Assembly (NCBI GenBank): GCA_028715175.1
Contig: JAQUSJ010000001.1
Coordinates: 472,368 to 536,367, forward strand
Length of the DNA stretch: 64,000 nt
Direction of reading: 5' to 3'
Origin: Candidatus Daviesbacteria bacterium
GTDB taxonomy: Bacteria > Patescibacteriota > Microgenomatia > Daviesbacterales > UBA10151
Below, one piece after another: positions 46,590-55,068 of this stretch (within the stretch, counting starts at the first letter, position 1; each line of letters begins with the position of its first letter). Both the position numbers and the translations under genes were made by a program. Under the pieces are notes generated by a model. That model did no database searches, was not told where the DNA came from, and was given only the letters and a program-made list of their open reading frames with translations.

Positions 46590-46661
46590 TGAGCCGGGTG
46601 GGATTCGAACCCACGGCCAATGGATTAAGAGTCCATTGCTCTACCGCTGAGCTACCGGCCC
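46590..46661 (-). tRNA. tRNA-Lys(CTT)
   Basis: GGGCCGGTAGCTCAGCGGTAGAGCAATGGACTCTTAATCCATTGGCCGTGGGTTCGAATCCCACCCGGCTCA. Confidence 0.96.
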
Positions 46662-46685
46662 ATTGTTGTATATTCTAACAAATTG

Positions 46686-46748
46686 AGAGATCCTTGCGCC
46701 ACCGCTAAAGCTACGGCGGCACGCGGTCGCTACGCTTCAGAATGACAG
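46686..46748 (+). repeat. Family B right half with a nested GC-rich palindrome
   Basis: GAGATCCTT-[GCGCCACCGCTAAAGCTACGGCGGCACGC]-GGTCGCTACGCTTCAGAATGACAG. Confidence 0.7.
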
Positions 46749-46777
46749 TAGTGAGAAGTGTTGTTATACTAATTCTA

Positions 46778-47461
46778 ATGTTCTATTTTATTACTTTTCT
46801 GTTTGAACTTATTTTACTTTTCTTTTTATCCAGGAAATTAATCAATTCTTTAGTTAAATTAATCTACAAATTAACCAGAAGCCATAGGGTTGTAGTGCAT
46901 ATTTTAGCCCTTATATTCTTACCCGGTACAATAATACACGAACTGGCACATCTTTTATTTGCCGGAGTAGTGCTGGTTCCGGTCGGAGAAATGAATGTAT
47001 TACCGGAGATTGAAGAAAAAGGAGTTAAACTGGGCAGCGTACAGATTGGTTATACAGATCCGTTGCGCAGGATGATCGTAGGGGTGGCTCCGGTCCTTTT
47101 AGGTATGATTTTAATTTTTTCAATTTTTCTTCTGGTCAAAATAGGAACCTCTCCCTGGTGGCAGGTGATTTTAGCCATTTACCTGCTTTTTGAAATCGGC
47201 AACACCATGTTTTCTTCAAGAAAAGATATTGAAGGCAGTATTCTTTTTGTAATTTTAATCCTAGCTGTTGCTGCAGCAATTTTAGTAGTTTTATATTTTC
47301 TAAATCCGGCCCTTATTCAAAAAATTTGGCTTTGGTCGAATGGTTTGAATTTGGAGGGAGCTTCAAATTTTTTTGAAACGGCATCAATCTATCTTATTGT
47401 GCCTGTTGTGTTGGATTTTTCAGCCATATTTTTAACAAAACCTTTTGCAGGTAGAAGCTAG
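46778..47461 (+). CDS. Membrane zinc metalloprotease-like (M50-like) protein
   Basis: PGTIIHELAH, GVAP; multiple TM helices. ATG 46742 lies inside a repeat, so 46778 is preferred. Confidence 0.8.
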   Translation: MFYFITFLFELILLFFLSRKLINSLVKLIYKLTRSHRVVVHILALIFLPGTIIHELAHLLFAGVVLVPVGEMNVLPEIEEKGVKLGSVQIGYTDPLRRMIVGVAPVLLGMILIFSIFLLVKIGTSPWWQVILAIYLLFEIGNTMFSSRKDIEGSILFVILILAVAAAILVVLYFLNPALIQKIWLWSNGLNLEGASNFFETASIYLIVPVVLDFSAIFLTKPFAGRS

Positions 47462-47540
47462 GTTATAGTTTTTGTGGTATAATAAGCATACTGCTGAAAT
47501 GGAACCCCGCCATGGCGGGGTTTTTTAATGGCAGATCATT

Positions 47541-49328
47541 ATGACAAACATACGAAATGTAGCTATCATTGCCCATGTTGATCATGGCAAAACTACCTTA
47601 GTGGATGCTTTACTTCGTCAATCCAAAACTAAGCTTGGAAAGCAATTTACAGACACTTCAGAGCTAATTATGGATTCCAATGACCTGGAAAAAGAGCGGG
47701 GGATTACCATTTTTTCCAAAAATGCCTCAGTGAACTGGAAAAATACCAAAATCAATATTATTGATACTCCGGGGCATGCTGATTTTGGCGGGGAAGTGGA
47801 ACGGGTTTTAAAAATGGCTGACGGAGTTTTACTTTTAATTGATGCCAAAGAGGGACCAATGCCGCAAACCAGGTTTGTTTTGAAAAAAGCACTGGAGTTG
47901 GGCCACAAAATAATTGTGGTTATTAACAAAATAGACAAACCTGATGCCAGAATAGAATATGTTATTAATAAAACTTTTGATCTCTTTTTAGAATTGGGGG
48001 CTGATGAAGAAACTGCGTATTTTCCCACCATTTATTCCTCAGGTAAGCACGGCAAAGCCGGACTTAAAACAAATCTTTCCAAAATGGATGATATTTCACC
48101 TGTTTTTGATGCCATATTAGAGCATATTCCGGCACCTCATGATGATATAAGCAAACCTTTGCAAATTTTAATTACCAATACTATTTATGACAATTTCAAA
48201 GGCAGGATTGCTACAGGCAGGGTTTACAATGGTACCATTAAAGCCGGTCAGGAAGCAGCCTACATAAACAGGGATGGGGTTATCAAAAAATTCAGGCTGA
48301 CTTCTTTAATGGGTTTTGAAGGGTTAGACAGAGTTGATATTAAAGAGGCTCATGCCGGTGATATTGTGGCTCTTTCCGGTATTCCTGATATTACTATTGG
48401 TGAAACCATTGCAGATTCCAGCAGTCCCGTTGCTTTACCTGTTTTGGATATTGAAGAGTCTACTGTCAGAATGAATTTTGGGGTCAATACTTCTCCTTTT
48501 GCCGGACTGGAGGGTGAATTTAAAACTGCCAGACAAATCCGGGAAAGGCTTTTCAAAGCAGCAGAGGCAGATGTAGCTTTAACGGTTGAAGATGGTTCTT
48601 CCGGTGACTTGATTGTTAACGGCAGGGGAGAACTGCATCTGGCTATTTTAATTGAGCGGTTGCGAAGGGAAGGCTATGAATTTCAGGTCGGCAAGCCTCA
48701 GGTTATTGAGAAAACAATAAACGGAAAACTCATGACCCCATATGAAAAAGTAGCTATCGAGGTTCCGGAAGCTATGTCAGGGACAGTTATGCAAAAAATG
48801 GGTCTTAGACATGCCGAGTTATTAGATATGAATACCGAGAACGGTATTGTATACCTGCTGTTTTGTATTGCCACCAAGGAGTTTTTTGGCTATAGAAGTC
48901 AGTTCATGACCGATACAAAGGGTTTGGGAATAATCAGCAGTTCATTTTTGGAATACAGGGAGGATAAAGGAGGAAAGTTTGAAAGAATGCAGGGGTCTTT
49001 GGTAGTACATGAATCGGGAACTACCAAGCTATATGCCCTGGTAGGTGCTCAAGATAGAGGAATTCTGTTTGTAGGGCCCGGTATCAGTGTTTATAAAGGG
49101 CAGGTTATTGGTATGAATTCCAGAGGGGATGATATTAAAATAAATGTTTGTAAGGAAAAACAGCAAACAAATCACAGATCCAGCGGGGAAGGAACCAGCG
49201 AGCATTTTAATACTCCGAAAATCATGAGTTTGGAGCAGGCTATCGAATATATTGATGAGACGGAACTGGTAGAAGTTACCCCCAAAAACATCAGAATCAG
49301 AAAAATTGACTTAAACTCTAAATTCTAA
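47541..49328 (+). CDS. typA: Translational GTPase TypA/BipA
   Basis: IAHVDHGKTTLVD, ERGITI, DTPGHADFGGEVERV, GRGELHL, ELVEVTPKNIRIRK. Confidence 0.98.
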   Translation: MTNIRNVAIIAHVDHGKTTLVDALLRQSKTKLGKQFTDTSELIMDSNDLEKERGITIFSKNASVNWKNTKINIIDTPGHADFGGEVERVLKMADGVLLLIDAKEGPMPQTRFVLKKALELGHKIIVVINKIDKPDARIEYVINKTFDLFLELGADEETAYFPTIYSSGKHGKAGLKTNLSKMDDISPVFDAILEHIPAPHDDISKPLQILITNTIYDNFKGRIATGRVYNGTIKAGQEAAYINRDGVIKKFRLTSLMGFEGLDRVDIKEAHAGDIVALSGIPDITIGETIADSSSPVALPVLDIEESTVRMNFGVNTSPFAGLEGEFKTARQIRERLFKAAEADVALTVEDGSSGDLIVNGRGELHLAILIERLRREGYEFQVGKPQVIEKTINGKLMTPYEKVAIEVPEAMSGTVMQKMGLRHAELLDMNTENGIVYLLFCIATKEFFGYRSQFMTDTKGLGIISSSFLEYREDKGGKFERMQGSLVVHESGTTKLYALVGAQDRGILFVGPGISVYKGQVIGMNSRGDDIKINVCKEKQQTNHRSSGEGTSEHFNTPKIMSLEQAIEYIDETELVEVTPKNIRIRKIDLNSKF

Positions 49329-49330
49329 TT

Positions 49331-49717
49331 TTATCGTCTCTCAGGACACGCAGCTCTATTATATGCAGCTAATTCTGCCTTACCATGATCCCAAGGACCA
49401 TTATATCTTGCCCGCCTTAATTGGCTTTCCAGTTCATCAAGGGACATTTCTCCGTTGCAGGTTTTAACTTTTGTTCCACAAGCTGCATTATTGTAGGCTC
49501 TGAGTTCTTCACCAAGATTTTCTCGGCCCAGAGGACCATTATACCTTGCCAGATTTAATTCTTTTTCCATCTGACCAACAGTAATCTCTTCTCCTTTACA
49601 GGTTTCAATCATATTCTTTCTGTAAGCCCCACTATCTGCACAAGCTGAAAGCAGAGACGCAGCAAGAGCAATTCCAACTCCTCTTAATAATCCTCTTCGA
49701 AGATCAACATAACGCAT
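49331..49717 (-). CDS. Putative lipoprotein with two Cys-bounded repeats
   Basis: LRRGLL...LLSAC lipobox; repeats TCxGE...ARYNGP...ELxAYNxAAC. Confidence 0.7.
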   Translation of the reverse strand: MRYVDLRRGLLRGVGIALAASLLSACADSGAYRKNMIETCKGEEITVGQMEKELNLARYNGPLGRENLGEELRAYNNAACGTKVKTCNGEMSLDELESQLRRARYNGPWDHGKAELAAYNRAACPERR

Positions 49718-49771
49718 AATTTTGGAATAGTAGCATTGTTCTTACCATAAATCAACTCTTCTAGCGCTTTG

Positions 49772-49844
49772 CGCCCCTGGAAGGAATTGCACCCTCGACC
49801 CTTTCGTCCGAAGCGAAATGCTCTATCTGCTGAGCTACAGGGGC
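49772..49844 (-). tRNA. tRNA-Arg(TCG)
   Basis: GCCCCTGTAGCTCAGCAGATAGAGCATTTCGCTTCGGACGAAAGGGTCGAGGGTGCAATTCCTTCCAGGGGCG. Confidence 0.9.
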
Positions 49845-49893
49845 ATATATTCACTAATATTAACAAATTATATACTCAATGTATAATTCTCAT

Positions 49894-49931
49894 TTGACAA
49901 ATATCTAACGATCGTCAATAATTTGTCAACA
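49894..49931. repeat. 38-bp direct repeat, left copy
   Basis: TTGACAAATATCTAACGATCGTCAATAATTTGTCAACA. Confidence 0.92.
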
Positions 49932-49937
49932 TACATT

Positions 49938-50465
49938 ATGGTTAGAAAAAGATCAAAATTAGTTAATGCTGCACTTTTTGCTTTGGAGAAATCTGTTTGG
50001 GTTGGAGCGACGATTTACGATTTTGCAACTTACATGCACCAATATTCTCATGGAAACCCGCAAGGAGCTGACCGTTATGAATTCTACCAACTTATATGGA
50101 GGTTAAGAAAAGAAGGTTTTATCGAAAGAACAAAGGATTTAAATGATGATAAAATAATTCTCAAATTAACGGCAAAAGGGGAAAATTACTTAAAGATAGA
50201 GAATGCTTTAAGGGATGAGAAATGGGATGGTAAATGGAGACTGGTTGTGTTCGACATTCCGGAAAGCAAAAGAAGATTGCGAAATACCCTAAGACAAAAG
50301 CTGAAAGAATGGGGGTTTAAATACTGGCAAAAAAGTTTGTGGGCCAGCAAAAAAGACGTTGCAGAACCCTTAAGGGAATTTATACAAGAATTGAGTCTTT
50401 CAGATTTTGTGCTCGTAGTAGTATCAAATGATCTCGGTACTTTCAGCAAGTTGACAAAAATCTAA
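49938..50465 (+). CDS. PaaX-like protein (wHTH + Cas2-like domain)
   Basis: RLRKEGFI...LKLTAKG; WDGKWRLVVFDIPESKRRLRNTLRQKLKEWGFKYWQKSLW. Confidence 0.88.
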   Translation: MVRKRSKLVNAALFALEKSVWVGATIYDFATYMHQYSHGNPQGADRYEFYQLIWRLRKEGFIERTKDLNDDKIILKLTAKGENYLKIENALRDEKWDGKWRLVVFDIPESKRRLRNTLRQKLKEWGFKYWQKSLWASKKDVAEPLREFIQELSLSDFVLVVVSNDLGTFSKLTKI

Positions 50466-50488
50466 CGATCGTCAATTGTTTGTCAACA
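50451..50488. repeat. 38-bp direct repeat, right copy
   Basis: TTGACAAAAATCTAACGATCGTCAATTGTTTGTCAACA (35/38 identical to left copy). Confidence 0.92.
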
Positions 50489-51296
50489 AATAGAGTGCTC
50501 CGTATAAGCCTGCGTCATGACCTAATGTAGCTTTAACTACTTCCGGAGCTTGGGGGAAAATTGTCAGAAACTCACTAAGATAGGTTTTGACTTTTTCCAA
50601 AGGAATACTTTTGGAAACGCCGCCTCCTAGGATAATAATATCCGGAGTCCAATGAACAGTTGTATTGACCAAACTGATTGCCAGATATCTTGATATTTCA
50701 TCCCAGATTTTTGGATCAGTAATATCTTCCCCTTTTTGTCCGTACATTTTTTCAAAATATGATCCGGAAACATACGCTTCCATATGGCCTTTGCCTCCGC
50801 AATTACAAAGATTTCCATCAGGTACGATAATTTGATGCCCGGGTTCAAAATTAAAACTGTCGTTGGAAATTTTTCCGTTAACAATCCTTTTTCCGCCTAC
50901 CCCTGTGCCAATAGCTATATATCCCACTATCTCCTTGCCTATTCCCGCTCCTTTTACAGCTTCACCTATGCCACCCGTGGCAGTATCATTTTCCAAAATT
51001 ACCTTGCAGTCAAAAACTGTTTCTAATTCGGTTTTTAAAGGTTTATTAATCCATCCAGGAATGTGAGGACTGGTAACCAGCATAGTTTTTTCCTTATCAA
51101 GAGGGCCGGCAACACCTCCGGCAATCCCAATAATTTTTTCGCCATGCGATAGCTCGTCTGCAGTTTGCTTTAAGGTTTTCATTCCTTCATTAAAATCTTT
51201 CGGAGTAGGAATAATTTTTGATCCGGCAAAAGTTTCACCGTCAGAAGAAGTGGCTAGACGCATATTTGTTCCGCCAATATCAAAACTTAAGTACAT
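50472..51296 (-). CDS. ROK family sugar kinase (glucokinase-like)
   Basis: DIGGTN, LENDT, IGTGVGG, EPGH, CNCGGKGHME. Confidence 0.93.
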   Translation of the reverse strand: MYLSFDIGGTNMRLATSSDGETFAGSKIIPTPKDFNEGMKTLKQTADELSHGEKIIGIAGGVAGPLDKEKTMLVTSPHIPGWINKPLKTELETVFDCKVILENDTATGGIGEAVKGAGIGKEIVGYIAIGTGVGGKRIVNGKISNDSFNFEPGHQIIVPDGNLCNCGGKGHMEAYVSGSYFEKMYGQKGEDITDPKIWDEISRYLAISLVNTTVHWTPDIIILGGGVSKSIPLEKVKTYLSEFLTIFPQAPEVVKATLGHDAGLYGALYLLTNN

Positions 51297-51310
51297 GATA
51301 TAATTCTACC

Positions 51311-52273
51311 ATGAAAATTGGGTTTATTGGACTGGGCAGAATGGGCAAAAATATGGTTTTGCATCTTTTGGAAAAAGGGGTCGAGGTAGTAGCTTGGAAC
51401 AGGTCTCCTGAGCCTCGCGAAGAATTAAAAAAGGAAGCTAATACGCTTGCAAGGGGACGCCTTGCGAGGCTAACGGCTGCAGAAGACTTGGATGGGTTGA
51501 TTGGTAAACTTGATGCCCCTAGAATCATATGGTTAATGGTGACTGCTGGACCGGCAGTTGATGAACTTCTAGCCCAACTTGCCAATAAGTTAAATCCAGG
51601 GGATTTGGTAATTGATGGCGGTAATTCTTTCTACAAAGATACGATTAGAAGGGCAAATGAGTTAAAAAGCCATGGTATCCATTTTATGGATGCGGGTACC
51701 TCGGGCGGTATAGAAGGAGCAAGAAACGGTGCATGTATTATGGTGGGGGGTTCACAGGAGGATTTTAAGAGGGTTGAACCTGTTTTAAAGGTGGCTGCCG
51801 TCCCTGAAGGCTATGCTCATCTGGGTCCAGCGGGTAGCGGACACTTTGCCAAAACCGTTCATAATGGTATTGAATATGGCATGATGGAAGCAATTGGAGA
51901 AGGAGCAGCCATCCTGAAATATTCACCGTTTAACTATGACCTGCGGGAAGTATTTAGAATTTATAATAACGGATCAATCATTGAATCACGTCTGGTAGGC
52001 TGGTCTTTGGCAGAATTTAGGAGTGATCCTGATTTATCCAATATATCCTCTGTAATTGGATCAGGTGGAGGTGCTGGAAAAATCAAGGGGGAAGCACACT
52101 GGACACTAAAGTTGGCACAAAAGCTGGGGATAGATACACCGGTAATTGAGGCTTCAGTCAAAGTCAGAGATAACTCAGACAAAGATAAAGAAAATTCTCC
52201 AAACAGTTTCCGTAACAAAGTAGTTGCTGCCATGCGTTGGCAATTCGGCCGCCATCCTGTTAAAAAATCTTAA
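51311..52273 (+). CDS. gnd: 6-phosphogluconate dehydrogenase (short type)
   Basis: IGLGRMG, IDGGNS, DAGTSGG, GHFAKTVHNGIEYG, AMRWQFGRH. Confidence 0.95.
   Translation: MKIGFIGLGRMGKNMVLHLLEKGVEVVAWNRSPEPREELKKEANTLARGRLARLTAAEDLDGLIGKLDAPRIIWLMVTAGPAVDELLAQLANKLNPGDLVIDGGNSFYKDTIRRANELKSHGIHFMDAGTSGGIEGARNGACIMVGGSQEDFKRVEPVLKVAAVPEGYAHLGPAGSGHFAKTVHNGIEYGMMEAIGEGAAILKYSPFNYDLREVFRIYNNGSIIESRLVGWSLAEFRSDPDLSNISSVIGSGGGAGKIKGEAHWTLKLAQKLGIDTPVIEASVKVRDNSDKDKENSPNSFRNKVVAAMRWQFGRHPVKKS
51444..51471 (+). repeat. Family A element in frame in gnd
   Basis: CGCTTGCAAGGGGACGCCTTGCGAGGCT (LARGRLARL). Confidence 0.88.
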
Positions 52274-52775
52274 AAGGGAATTCTCCTACAATTTGCCAAT
52301 CGTCCACCTCTCCACCTTTGATCAGGGTAACTTTATTTACTTCCCATTGAGCTGATTGATCTCTGCCGATTTCTTTTATAATCTTCTCTTTGAGTTCAAC
52401 TGGAAAAGTTCCGTATAAGAGGCTCAAATGTGCCATATATTGTGGAATATTAGTCATATTAAAAATTTGTTTAGCCCTGTCATGCAGAGCTTGTAGTTCT
52501 TCGGTGATTTTAGCTTTGACGAAAAGTGTCCTGAAGAAAAAATCCTCATAATAAATTTGTCCAAGTTCCAAAGTGAATGACTTTTGACCTTTTACTAATT
52601 CTTTAGTTTTCTCAATACATTCTTCTTCCGTCTGCAAAAATTCACCCAATAAGGTAACATGGGGGCGAAATACTGGAGCATAGTACTGCTTGGACAGCCT
52701 TTGTATTAAATTGTTAAATTTCTCAAAAGCCTCGCCTGTCGGTACTAACCAGAGTGTGTAACCTTTTAATTTCAT
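52260..52775 (-). CDS. 2H phosphoesterase/cyclic phosphodiesterase
   Basis: YTLWLVP, PHVTL, AHLSLLYG. Confidence 0.88.
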   Translation of the reverse strand: MKLKGYTLWLVPTGEAFEKFNNLIQRLSKQYYAPVFRPHVTLLGEFLQTEEECIEKTKELVKGQKSFTLELGQIYYEDFFFRTLFVKAKITEELQALHDRAKQIFNMTNIPQYMAHLSLLYGTFPVELKEKIIKEIGRDQSAQWEVNKVTLIKGGEVDDWQIVGEFPFKIF

Positions 52776-52777
52776 GG

Positions 52778-53578
52778 TTATTTATTTAATAAATTCAGTA
52801 TAGCAGTATGCAAAATCCCATTAGAAGCCAGCATTTCTGGATTAAAAACATTCCATTTGTCGCCGTTGGGAGTAGTGATTTTACCGCCGGCTTTTTCAAT
52901 TAATAAAGAAGATGCTGCTGTATCCCAGGGTTTTAAGCCAGAATGTAAATAAATGTCTATACTGCCATCTGCCAAACTGGCCAGATCTGCTACAGCAGAA
53001 CCCATGCATTTAATTTGTCTGACAAAGGCATTTACTTTTTCCAACCATTTAACAACTGTGATCCTTGTTTCTAAATTCCAACCCCAATCACAACAAAACA
53101 CAACCTCTTTTAAATCACCAGTAGTAGAAACTTTAATCGGTTTGCCGTTAAGAAATGCTTCATTCCGGTCAGCCTGCGCCCAATATAACTTATTTTCTAT
53201 AGGAAGATAGACTACGCTAAGTTGTGGTACGCCCTTGTTAACTAAACCGACCGATATGGCAAAATGCGGATGATGCCTTGAAAAATTAACTGTTCCGTCA
53301 AGCGGATCAATAATCCATAAATTATCTGCATTTTTTAATGATGAATAGTCTTCAGGTGCAGTTTCTTCTGTTAACAGTTTAGATTTAGGATATTGTTTTT
53401 GAATATTTTCCCTTAAAAACTGATCTACTTCCTCATCAGCCTCAGTTAAAAGATCTACACCACCTTTTGATCTTGAAGTAAATTTACCGGACTCAAAGTA
53501 TTTTTTTAAAATCTTGCCTGCCTGTAAAACTAATTCAGTTATATATTGTCGTACCTCTGTTAAATCTATGTCTTTCAT
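52778..53578 (-). CDS. Inositol monophosphatase family (SuhB-like)
   Basis: TEAD, LTEE, WIIDPLDGTVNF, GSAVADL, PWDTAA. Confidence 0.94.
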   Translation of the reverse strand: MKDIDLTEVRQYITELVLQAGKILKKYFESGKFTSRSKGGVDLLTEADEEVDQFLRENIQKQYPKSKLLTEETAPEDYSSLKNADNLWIIDPLDGTVNFSRHHPHFAISVGLVNKGVPQLSVVYLPIENKLYWAQADRNEAFLNGKPIKVSTTGDLKEVVFCCDWGWNLETRITVVKWLEKVNAFVRQIKCMGSAVADLASLADGSIDIYLHSGLKPWDTAASSLLIEKAGGKITTPNGDKWNVFNPEMLASNGILHTAILNLLNK

Positions 53579-53585
53579 ATAGTTA

Positions 53586-53614
53586 CGCACCCAAGGGGAC
53601 GCCTTGCGAGGCTA
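53586..53614 (+). repeat. Family A element overlapping the zwf stop codon
   Basis: CGCACCCAAGGGGACGCCTTGCGAGGCTA. Confidence 0.85.
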
Positions 53615-55036
53615 AATTCTGCAAAAATCCATTGAAGGTTCAAGCCAAATCCTTCCGTCTTTTTCTATTAACTCATCAGCTTCTTTTGGCCCCCAGGACC
53701 CGGGTTCGTAAATTGCGGGTTTCCCGCGGACTGCAATTAAGGGATCTATAAAGGCCCATTGTGCTTCCACTTCCTCCGCATCATTAAAGAATGTCTGATC
53801 GCCTCTGATTGTATCGATCAGCAAACGTTCATACGGGTCGGGAATCTTGTGCGTATATGGATTGGGTCTGTAGCAATACTGCATATATTCCGGTTGCAAT
53901 TTTGCATCATAGCCCGGTACTTTGGTTAAAATCTTAAGCACAATTCCCTCATTCGGCTGAATACGGTAGATTAAAACATTTGGTTCATCCCCGCTATCTG
54001 CGCTTTTGAATAGTCTGTTAACATGATTTTTAAAGACAATAGAGATTTCCGTCACTGTTTGCTTTAACTTTTTCCCGGCTCTGATATAAATCGGGACATC
54101 CTTAAAACGTTCGTTGTTAATATAAGTTTTTAAGGCATAGAATGTATCTGTATTGGACTGCAGAGAAACATTTTCTTCTTTTCGATAACCCTCATATTGA
54201 CCGTAAACTACCTTGTCAGGCATAGGTATCAGGTTTTTGAGAATCTTGATCCTCTCTTTGGTGACTGCCTCATTAGAGAATTCACTTGGTGCATCCATGG
54301 CGGCAAAAGCCAGCATCTGCAGTTGATGATTTTGACCAACATCTTTTAACGCCCCTACCTGATCATAATACCCGCCCCGTTTGCCAATGCCGAAATCCTC
54401 GGCAGCAGCAATTTGGATGTGGTCAATATAATCTTTATTGATAAGGGGTTCAAAAATATCATTGGCAAATCTAAAGGTAAGAATATTTTGCAGAGTTTCC
54501 TTGCCTAAATAATGATCCAGCCGGAAAATTTGATCCTCTGTAAAATATTTTAAAAGCAGCTTGTTTAGCTTCTTAGCTGAGGGAAGATTACAACCAATAG
54601 GTTTTTCAATCATTAACCTGATCCAACCCTTGTTTTGTTTGTTCAAATTATTTTTTTGTAAATTCTCGAAAATTTGATGATAGAGTTCAGGGTAGGTAGC
54701 CAGATAAAAAATTCTATTGCCATGTTTTAAGATATTACTTAGCTTTTCATATAAATTTTGGTCTTGAATTTGACCGCTTAGATATGTAAATTTCTTACAA
54801 AGTCTTTTAAAAACTTCTTCTTTAATTTCATGTTTATGATGGATATTTTCCAGATGCAAAACGGTGTGAACATAATGCTTTAATTCCTCATCAGACATTT
54901 CTTTTCTGGCAATACCGACAATAGTCATATCAGATGGCAAAAGGTCTTTTTCCTCCATATCATAAAGAGCCGGAATCAATTTGATCTGGGCGAGATTTCC
55001 GGTAATGCCAAAAATAATTAAGGTAAAAGAGTCCAT
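53612..55036 (-). CDS. zwf: Glucose-6-phosphate 1-dehydrogenase
   Basis: IFGITGNLA, IEKPIG, RLDHYLGKE, DVGQNH, YIRAGK, IQPNEG. Confidence 0.97.
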   Translation of the reverse strand: MDSFTLIIFGITGNLAQIKLIPALYDMEEKDLLPSDMTIVGIARKEMSDEELKHYVHTVLHLENIHHKHEIKEEVFKRLCKKFTYLSGQIQDQNLYEKLSNILKHGNRIFYLATYPELYHQIFENLQKNNLNKQNKGWIRLMIEKPIGCNLPSAKKLNKLLLKYFTEDQIFRLDHYLGKETLQNILTFRFANDIFEPLINKDYIDHIQIAAAEDFGIGKRGGYYDQVGALKDVGQNHQLQMLAFAAMDAPSEFSNEAVTKERIKILKNLIPMPDKVVYGQYEGYRKEENVSLQSNTDTFYALKTYINNERFKDVPIYIRAGKKLKQTVTEISIVFKNHVNRLFKSADSGDEPNVLIYRIQPNEGIVLKILTKVPGYDAKLQPEYMQYCYRPNPYTHKIPDPYERLLIDTIRGDQTFFNDAEEVEAQWAFIDPLIAVRGKPAIYEPGSWGPKEADELIEKDGRIWLEPSMDFCRI

Positions 55037-55068
55037 GTTATAATGGATTATATACTATACCTTAATTT

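Noticed and set aside
49894-50488. CRISPR array / cas2 locus
   Set aside because: Only two repeats, 519 bp apart with a gene between them; no cas1 or effector; the protein is PaaX-type. Kept as a separate repeat-flanked finding.
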